Positions 32,718 through 39,426 of a DNA stretch of 39,426 bases are shown here, piece by piece; position 1 is the stretch's first letter; every line of letters starts with the position of its first letter. Under the pieces are notes generated by a model. It was not told the origin of the DNA. It was given only the letters and a program-made list of their open reading frames with translations, and did no database searches. The stretch lies in the IMG/VR virus record IMGVR_UViG_3300017780_002683, positions 1 to 39,426 of that record. The stretch is one strand, 5' to 3'. A program made the translations under genes and the position numbers. The DNA comes from a virus (Duplodnaviria > Caudoviricetes).

Positions 32718-35700
32718 ATGAAACCGCTTGAGTTTCTAGCGGAGGTGCTTCCGTCGCCCGGTCATGGGTATTACTGTGTTGCGGAACTCAGCTCGGCTAA
32801 AAAAGAGCACGCTTTTGTAAGTGACCTGCCCGACATCCGTCCCAAGGTTAAGGCGTGGCTAGGTGCATCCAGGGACATCTACTTCGCCCTGTCTACGTTC
32901 AAAGAAAACAAAAGCCGCAAGGCAGAGAACGCGCAGTTCATCAAGTCGATCTTTATCGACATGGACGGATACACGACCAAGCGTGATGCAGCGCACGCGC
33001 TGGGGGCGTTCCTTGAAAAGACGGGCCTCGACTCTTTTGGTATTCCGTGGATGGTCAGTTCTGGTGGCGGTCTGCATTGCTACTGGCCATTGACTGAGGA
33101 AGTTGACATCACCAGTTGGAAGCCCATCGCCGAGAACTTCAAGCGCCTGTGCAAGCAGGAGGGGCTGGAGATCGACATGACGGTGACGGCTGACGCTGCG
33201 CGAGTCCTGCGCATACCGGGTACGTTCAACAACAAGGCCAAGTACGAGACACCCCGTGCGGTCAAGGTGCTGTTTGAGGGTACCGCCAAGGTGGACATCA
33301 AGCTCTTCGGGGCCACCGTGCGCTCGCTCTTGTCTTCTGAGAACGCTCCGATCAGCAACAACTTCGTGGCGACCAGTGTTGATCTGGCAGGCACACGGCC
33401 TAGCAAAGCTGCGGCTAAGCGATCGGCTGCGGCAGAGGCTTTGCTGAACAACAGCGCCACTAGGTTCGAGACGATCTGGCTCAAGTCTGAGAAGGGCGTG
33501 GGCTGCGGTCAGTTGGAGTTCTACCAGAACAACGCCAAGCAAGACGGTATGGAGCCGCTGTGGCGTGGGCTGCTGTCCTGGGCCAAGGTGTGTACGGATG
33601 CCGGGCAGTTCACCCACAAGCTCTCCGAGCTGCACCCGTATACGCCTGAGCGTATGAACCAGAAGCTCGCTGAGATCAAAGGCCCCTACGCCTGCATCAA
33701 GATGGACAGCGAGAACCCCGGTATCTGCCCGAAGTGCCCGTTCTGGGGCACCATCACCAACGCCCTGGCGCTGGGGCGGGAAGTCATCACCGACAACCGG
33801 GCCAAGGAACTGGTGATCCCGATCCACAACAGCACAGACGACGCGCCTGAGCAAAGCAAAACCCATATTGAGGATGAGTTCCACGTCGATGACGGGCTGC
33901 CGGAGAACCTCAAGACCTGCACGGTTCTGCGCCCACCACCCCCACGCGGGTTCGACTACGGCAAGCACGGAGGCGTGTACCGTAACGTCAAGGAGAAGGA
34001 CGCCACAGGCGTAGAGATAAAGACGCAGATTCAGATCCTGCCGCACGACCTGTTTGTGGTGGACATGCTGCGCCAAGAGCAAGAGCACCAAGTGCATCTG
34101 ATTGCCATCCGCCCCGTAGGCCCAGCGCCTGAAGGTCGTGCAGCAACGATGGAGCACCGTCAGGTCATCATGCCCAGCAAGGCGGTGGTGGCTAAAGATG
34201 AACTGCTCAAGTGCCTCGCGTCGAACAACATCTACGCATCGTTTGGTCAGGCGACAGACCCGCACCTGTACGCCTACGTTCGGGCCTGTGTAGAGAGCGC
34301 TGCGCAAGAGCGCAAGGTGGTGGACGTACCGCTGCAGTTCGGGTGGCAGAAGGATAAGTCCTTCGTCTACAACAACCGTGTCTTCAAGCCTAACGGTTCA
34401 GAGATCGTGGTGCCTATGCCCGGCATGGAGAACATCAACCGCAACACCAACAGCAAAGGATCTCTTGATAACTGGCGCAAGCCTTGGGAGTTGTTGATTG
34501 GTCGAGGCATGAACACGATGCTGGCGCTCTGCATGGACTCGTTCGGGTCTGCGCTCATGCACTTCTCCGATCACAAGGGCTTTGTGTGGCACATCGGCTC
34601 GACATCGAGCGGCACGGGCAAGTCGCTGTCCCTGAGCTTGAAGGCTGGAGTCTGGGGACATCCTGTGCACTACCGCACCGGTAAGGGTACTTCGTTCGTG
34701 GCACTGCAGCAGCGTGCGGGTCTGCTCAACAGCCTGCCTTTGTTGATCGACGAGATCACCACCAAGACTCGTAACGACACGGAGTGGGCACCTGAGCTGA
34801 TTTTCGACATCTCTGAGGGCCAGGGCAAGGAGCGCATGGAGGCTGGCACGAACCGGGAACGGGTCAACAACAGCACCTGGGCGCTGACCTGCACGATGAC
34901 GGCTAACACGCACATGGTTGACCTGTTGGTGGGTGGGCGCAAGCACTCCTCTCACGGTGAGCTGATGCGTATGCTGGAGTGGAACCCAACGCGAGAACTG
35001 TCGTTCGACAAGGCTGAGCGCGAGATCCTGCGTGAGTTGAGCCTGAACTACGGCGTGGCGGGTGAAGCCTGGGTGCGGTGGCTTGTGCGTAACTATGACG
35101 TGGCCAAGGAGATGTGGAGCAAGGTTCACGAGCGGCTGCGCGTGGCGATGGACTTCGCGGATGAGGAGCGGTTCTGGCATGCTGGCTGCACGTCCACTGT
35201 GACCGCCGCTATCCTGCTGGGGCCGAAGTACGCCAACATCATTGAGTCGCCTGTGGCGGCGGTGATGGACGCGCTGAAGGATCTTGTGGCCATCGCACGC
35301 TCTTCGCACAAGAAGTCTGTGCGCACGGCTGAGGATGTGCTCAACGAGTACACCCGTGAGTTCTACGGCAAGTTCGTTGTGCTGCGCTTCGACACGATGG
35401 GCCAGCTTGTCGCTGACCTGGGCAAAGACCTGCAGGGCAAGACCAGCACCAAGAACACGGTGATGGGCCGTATTGAGCATGGGACGCACCACAGCAACTA
35501 CGTCGAGTACTTTGTGGAGGAGTCACTGCTGCGTCGGCACTGTTCGTCTATGAGCTTTGGCTACACGGACTTCAAGCGTCAGTTGGAGAACATGCAGAGA
35601 GGCCCCCAGCAGTTCCGCATTCAGTACCTGCGCAAAGACATGCTGGCCAAGACGGACGGCCCGGCGATGCGCGTGAAGGTGATGCAGATCAGTGTCCCGA

Positions 35701-35741
35701 AGGAGCTGCTGGATGGAGATGGTGCGATTTCCGTGGAGTGA
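32718..35741 (+). CDS. Primase (RepB/AEP-like) fused to DUF927/helicase domain
   Basis: IFIDMD, SGGGLHCYW, DAARVLRIPGTFN; Cys cluster CPKCP; C-terminal GSTSSGTGKS Walker A and LLIDE. Confidence 0.85.
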   Translation: MKPLEFLAEVLPSPGHGYYCVAELSSAKKEHAFVSDLPDIRPKVKAWLGASRDIYFALSTFKENKSRKAENAQFIKSIFIDMDGYTTKRDAAHALGAFLEKTGLDSFGIPWMVSSGGGLHCYWPLTEEVDITSWKPIAENFKRLCKQEGLEIDMTVTADAARVLRIPGTFNNKAKYETPRAVKVLFEGTAKVDIKLFGATVRSLLSSENAPISNNFVATSVDLAGTRPSKAAAKRSAAAEALLNNSATRFETIWLKSEKGVGCGQLEFYQNNAKQDGMEPLWRGLLSWAKVCTDAGQFTHKLSELHPYTPERMNQKLAEIKGPYACIKMDSENPGICPKCPFWGTITNALALGREVITDNRAKELVIPIHNSTDDAPEQSKTHIEDEFHVDDGLPENLKTCTVLRPPPPRGFDYGKHGGVYRNVKEKDATGVEIKTQIQILPHDLFVVDMLRQEQEHQVHLIAIRPVGPAPEGRAATMEHRQVIMPSKAVVAKDELLKCLASNNIYASFGQATDPHLYAYVRACVESAAQERKVVDVPLQFGWQKDKSFVYNNRVFKPNGSEIVVPMPGMENINRNTNSKGSLDNWRKPWELLIGRGMNTMLALCMDSFGSALMHFSDHKGFVWHIGSTSSGTGKSLSLSLKAGVWGHPVHYRTGKGTSFVALQQRAGLLNSLPLLIDEITTKTRNDTEWAPELIFDISEGQGKERMEAGTNRERVNNSTWALTCTMTANTHMVDLLVGGRKHSSHGELMRMLEWNPTRELSFDKAEREILRELSLNYGVAGEAWVRWLVRNYDVAKEMWSKVHERLRVAMDFADEERFWHAGCTSTVTAAILLGPKYANIIESPVAAVMDALKDLVAIARSSHKKSVRTAEDVLNEYTREFYGKFVVLRFDTMGQLVADLGKDLQGKTSTKNTVMGRIEHGTHHSNYVEYFVEESLLRRHCSSMSFGYTDFKRQLENMQRGPQQFRIQYLRKDMLAKTDGPAMRVKVMQISVPKELLDGDGAISVE

Positions 35742-35898
35742 AGTGTTGCCCGGGCAGGGGTTTTTTGTACCCTGCCTGGACACAGAAAAGATGCGCTTGC
35801 TCGGGTTACGAGCAGCGCTTCACCACGGTGTTGAGGCCGAGGCCACCGCAGGGGTATGCGGTGGCCGATTCGGTCTGTGGTTTTTCAGGGTGCGCTAG
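35719..35898 (+). CDS. Small hypothetical protein
   Basis: FPWSEVLPGQGFFVPCLD motif; last plus-strand gene, converging on the LPD gene. Confidence 0.6.
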   Translation: MVRFPWSEVLPGQGFFVPCLDTEKMRLLGLRAALHHGVEAEATAGVCGGRFGLWFFRVR

Positions 35899-38800
35899 AC
35901 ATCTGCCGGATCATCGTTGCTAGCTGGATCTGCATTTCCTTGACGCGCTTGATCTGCGCTTGCTTCTGCTCTGAAGACATCCCTGGCGCCATTTCGATCT
36001 GGCGTCGCAGCGCTGCCAACTCACCCATCTGCTGCCGGAATGCTCCGCCTGTCGAGTTCAGCGCGATCTCACGGGCGTGTTTGTCAGCGAAGGCTGCGGC
36101 ATCTGCTCGGTTGCCTGATTTGAGTAGGCTTTGATACGTCCCTGCCGCTTTGCGGAACTCCTCGACGTCCTTGAATGCTGCGTCCACAATGCCCCGGCCC
36201 GTAGCAGGCTGGAACAACGACCCGATAGCCGGCATCTCACTGAGCGCCCGTGCAGGTTTATCTGTCGCGTTGGGGCTGACCAATGGGCGCAGCGGGTAGT
36301 TGGCCATGCTGGCAAGCAAGATCCCCAGGCCGCCCGTGTAGCCGCGAATCAAGTGGTCAATGCTTACGGGGGAGGCCAGTCCGGTTTTACCCAAGAGCTT
36401 TGCCAGCTCCGTGGTGTTAGTGCGGAACTGCTGATCCGTGGTCAAGCCCGCTTCCCGCTGGGAAATGATGGGTGCGTCAGCGTAGAAGTTGTAGTTGGCT
36501 GCCAGCTCAATGAGGGGTTTGACGCCTGCGGGCAGACCGATTGGCTGCGACATTGCGAGCATCTTGCCGAAGGCGTCCAGGGCATCGCGTGCCTTGGTGT
36601 CACCAGCCGCCGTGTTGAAGATCATCTCGGGGATGACTTTGAACGCAAGACCGGGCTCGAACGGGATCGGGATACGCAGCGGCTCGTCAATGCCAGGGAT
36701 ACGCAAGAACCAAGACTGAGCACGTTCCAGCGGTGTGGCGGTCTTATACGCCTCATCATCCTGCATCAGCGCAGCGTAAGCGAAGGTCATCCCGAACATC
36801 AAGGCGCCGCGTTTCCAGAGCTTGGCGCGGGCGTCCAGCTTTTCTTGGAACGTGGTGTCGCCAGTAATAGCCGCACGGTAGACCGCATCCAGACCCTGGA
36901 TCTGCGAGTTGAAGAACGGGATCATCGTGGAGAGCCAGTGCAGGCTAGCCGATGTGCCGCGACGGGAGAAGTTCATCGCCTCCGCAGCGCCGAGCACCGC
37001 TTCGAGGTGCGACATGCCCTTCTTACGGAAGTTGTTGTACAGCGCAGCACGAGTGGCGGCATCGGCCTTCAACCCCAGGGTGTCGAGCTTGGCCATGACG
37101 CCGTTGAACCCCCACCCGCTCTTGCCTGCGGTCACATCCCGCAGCATGTTGGCCACGTCTTCTTGGCTGCCTGCGTAGATGTCGCTGCTGATCGCACCGG
37201 CCTGCTTAAGGCTCAAGCCTGCAGGCGTGTCGCCTTTGAAAGACTTGGCAAACTCGCGGTACGTGTCAACTACTGCCGAGAAGTCACCGCCCGTGGTCAT
37301 GTACGCATGGATCGGATCGCGAATAAGCTGCCGATAAGCGTAGGTCGGCAAGCGCGTAATACCCTTGCGCAGCAAGTTTGCCGGGATGCCCATCATCCGT
37401 ACACCGGTAGGTATAGCGGTCTTGATGCCTTGCATGCCCATGATGACGACGTCTGCCGGGATACCTTCGGGGAACGCTTCTTCATCAAGACGGACGTAGT
37501 GCTGCACACCCTTGTCGTTAAACCGGGCCGTGAAGACATCGCGTGGGCCTTCGCCTTGGATGATCTTGGCCATGCCCAGGTCTTGCAACAAGTTGCCGAC
37601 GTCTTTGGTCTGCATGTTGCGTACAGCCGAGCGAACGAGCAGCGAGGTGTTCTGCACCATGCCGGAGAAGATTGGCAGGATCTTGTCTTCACCACCGACA
37701 AGCTCCTTGAGCTGCGGCTGGTCGATGATGCTGCCGATGGTGACGGGTTTGCTTCCGCCGACGAAGAGCTGCACAAGGCCCTTGTCAATGCGGTAATACG
37801 GAACGTAGTCGCCAGCAATCAACGCATCCGCTTTGGACTGCGCCATCATGCCGGAGTCAACGTACATCTGCAGAAGCTCTCGGTTGTACTGCCGGTAGAT
37901 GTCGCGGGCATCCGCGAACGCTTTCTTGGTATCAGGGTCGGACTCAACAGTAGCCTTGACGCCCTTGGCCTTTTCCGCGTTAAGGATGGGGTTCCCGTCA
38001 GCGTCTTTGCCGAAGTTCAGCTTCTCATACCCAATACCGTCACGCTCTGCGCGAAGGATAGCCAGCCAAGTTGTGAACAGGTTTTCCACAAAGTGCGCAT
38101 TGCCGAGCTTGGAGCCTTTCAATGCCTCGGCCATCTTGAGCGCGCTAGGGCCACCGGTTTGGCCTTGAATGGTTTTTACGCCGTCAGCATTGCGCTTGAT
38201 CTTGGCGGGGCCGGTAGTGAGAGACAACTGGGTCAAGCGGCTGGTGTCATCAGACACGCGCATCAGGAGACGCAGTTGTAGCGCCTGGGCAGTTGCCACT
38301 TTCCCTTTGGATACACCGAGCTTGAGCAGCGCTTCAATAGGCGCCCAACTGTCGGCAATCCGTGTGCGCAGCCGCAAGCCCATCGCAGAGGCGGTGATCT
38401 TGTCCCCAGTATTGGCCGATCTACCCACCAGCGCGTTGACCGTGTCGACGGTACCTTGAGCCACATTTGACGAAGCCACGGCCTTGGTACCCGCGAATAC
38501 GCCGCGCATGATGGATGGCAGCATCACCGAGTCTTTGGCCATAGGGCTGGGTGGCTGGAAGATCTTGAACGCTGAAGCCATCGCTTGTTCAGACAGGCTC
38601 TTTGGCTCCATGCCCAGCATGCGCATGATGGCTTGATAGAAGCGCTGCAAGAAGCCCGGCTTAACAGCGTCGATTTTTTCTCGAAGATTCGCGTTCGTCA
38701 TAAGTTCAGCAACGAACTCTTCGACGTTCTTCTTGCCGTACTCTCTGGCAAAGGCGGGATCGTCTTTGAGATTGGCGTACAGAGACTCCAGCTCAGAGCG

Positions 38801-39426
38801 GGCAGCGCGTTGCTCTGCGGTGAGGGTGTTTGGGTCTGCGCGAAGCACGCCCAGGGTCACTGCGTGAACCGCCTCGTGCAGTACTGTCTCCTCGTGCATC
38901 GAGCGATTGTCGATGTAGATACGGTTCTTAACAGGGTCGTAGAGACCCGCTACGTTCACGCCCTTATCTTTGAGGTTCTCGACAAGGATCAGCTTAGGAC
39001 GACGGCCCACTGCCTTAAGCGTCTCTTGGAGGCTCTTTACCAGCTTCCGGTTGAAAGGCGTAGAACTCTCCCCGATAGCTTCAAGCAACCCCGTAAAATT
39101 CCCGTCTTCCGCTGCCGATACCCCATCAGGGCTTATCAAGTTGGTCGGGAAAGCGTCGTAGAGATCGTTGTTCTCGCGCAGGGCGACATCGTTATCCGTG
39201 TCCGTATCGGGGTCGAATTTAGCGTCATCGAACAGATCAGGCTGTTCTTGCAACAGCGTTTTTGCAGCGGTCTCGGCTTTAGCTACGTCGGCTTTAACGG
39301 ATGTGGGTGCTGGTGCTGGTGCTGGTGCTGGTGCTGGTGCTGGTGCTGGTGCTGGTGCTGGTGCTGGTGCTGGTGCTGGTGCTGGTGCTGGGGCTGGTGC
39401 GGGTGCTGGTGCTTGTGCTTGTGCTG
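35885..39426 (-). CDS. Giant polyvalent/internal virion protein with HExxH peptidase and LPD38-like domain (5' part beyond window)
   Basis: Frame open to the window edge through a Pro-Ala repeat; GLYDP...VLHEAVH...EEFVAE; C-terminal IPFFNSQIQG...LRIPIPFEPG...IDHLIRGYTGGLG. Confidence 0.8.
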   Translation of the reverse strand, partial: AQAQAPAPAPAPAPAPAPAPAPAPAPAPAPAPAPAPAPAPTSVKADVAKAETAAKTLLQEQPDLFDDAKFDPDTDTDNDVALRENNDLYDAFPTNLISPDGVSAAEDGNFTGLLEAIGESSTPFNRKLVKSLQETLKAVGRRPKLILVENLKDKGVNVAGLYDPVKNRIYIDNRSMHEETVLHEAVHAVTLGVLRADPNTLTAEQRAARSELESLYANLKDDPAFAREYGKKNVEEFVAELMTNANLREKIDAVKPGFLQRFYQAIMRMLGMEPKSLSEQAMASAFKIFQPPSPMAKDSVMLPSIMRGVFAGTKAVASSNVAQGTVDTVNALVGRSANTGDKITASAMGLRLRTRIADSWAPIEALLKLGVSKGKVATAQALQLRLLMRVSDDTSRLTQLSLTTGPAKIKRNADGVKTIQGQTGGPSALKMAEALKGSKLGNAHFVENLFTTWLAILRAERDGIGYEKLNFGKDADGNPILNAEKAKGVKATVESDPDTKKAFADARDIYRQYNRELLQMYVDSGMMAQSKADALIAGDYVPYYRIDKGLVQLFVGGSKPVTIGSIIDQPQLKELVGGEDKILPIFSGMVQNTSLLVRSAVRNMQTKDVGNLLQDLGMAKIIQGEGPRDVFTARFNDKGVQHYVRLDEEAFPEGIPADVVIMGMQGIKTAIPTGVRMMGIPANLLRKGITRLPTYAYRQLIRDPIHAYMTTGGDFSAVVDTYREFAKSFKGDTPAGLSLKQAGAISSDIYAGSQEDVANMLRDVTAGKSGWGFNGVMAKLDTLGLKADAATRAALYNNFRKKGMSHLEAVLGAAEAMNFSRRGTSASLHWLSTMIPFFNSQIQGLDAVYRAAITGDTTFQEKLDARAKLWKRGALMFGMTFAYAALMQDDEAYKTATPLERAQSWFLRIPGIDEPLRIPIPFEPGLAFKVIPEMIFNTAAGDTKARDALDAFGKMLAMSQPIGLPAGVKPLIELAANYNFYADAPIISQREAGLTTDQQFRTNTTELAKLLGKTGLASPVSIDHLIRGYTGGLGILLASMANYPLRPLVSPNATDKPARALSEMPAIGSLFQPATGRGIVDAAFKDVEEFRKAAGTYQSLLKSGNRADAAAFADKHAREIALNSTGGAFRQQMGELAALRRQIEMAPGMSSEQKQAQIKRVKEMQIQLATMIRQMSSAP
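39306..39411. repeat. (GGTGCT)n coding microsatellite encoding a Pro-Ala linker
   Basis: 14 perfect copies at 39306-39389, then degenerate. Confidence 0.95.

Noticed and set aside
36131-38281. 716-aa plus-strand ORF, and similar long antisense ORFs such as 32859-34307 and 2452-3240
   Set aside because: Antisense shadows of GC-rich genes with biased codon usage; no motifs or RBS, unlike the nested intein ORF

Overview
About 39 kb of a tailed dsDNA phage genome (podovirus-like gene set; host probably a proteobacterium, which is inference). The minus-strand arm (<1-10.6 kb) carries the small and large terminase, portal, GroES-like co-chaperonin, scaffold-like protein, major capsid protein, a free-standing HNH endonuclease and virion proteins. 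A repeat-rich divergent non-coding zone (10.6-13.2 kb) holds microsatellites, iteron-like repeats around an AT-rich core, and a candidate small RNA. The plus-strand arm carries about 35 small early genes with repeated leaders and palindromes, then a replication module: DUF3310, VRR-NUC, PolA (Leu762 type), Cas4-like nuclease, intein-containing SNF2 helicase, SSB-like protein, HTH and primase/DUF927 helicase. The window ends in the convergent 3' part of a giant LPD38-type virion protein. Main observations: (1) the helicase intein has no recognisable in-frame endonuclease but encodes a complete Zn-finger/NUMOD3/DUF559-type endonuclease in the overlapping +1 frame; (2) a promoter- and terminator-bounded ~80-nt RNA antisense to the terminase leader is also complementary to ribosome-binding sites of distant phage genes; (3) a 5-copy palindrome plus repeated start-associated leaders organise the early genes; (4) two candidate pseudoknotted leader RNAs and an unannotated secreted 6-Cys peptide. 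No integrase, tRNA, CRISPR array or lysis genes were recognised. All family calls come from reading motifs by eye, not from database searches.
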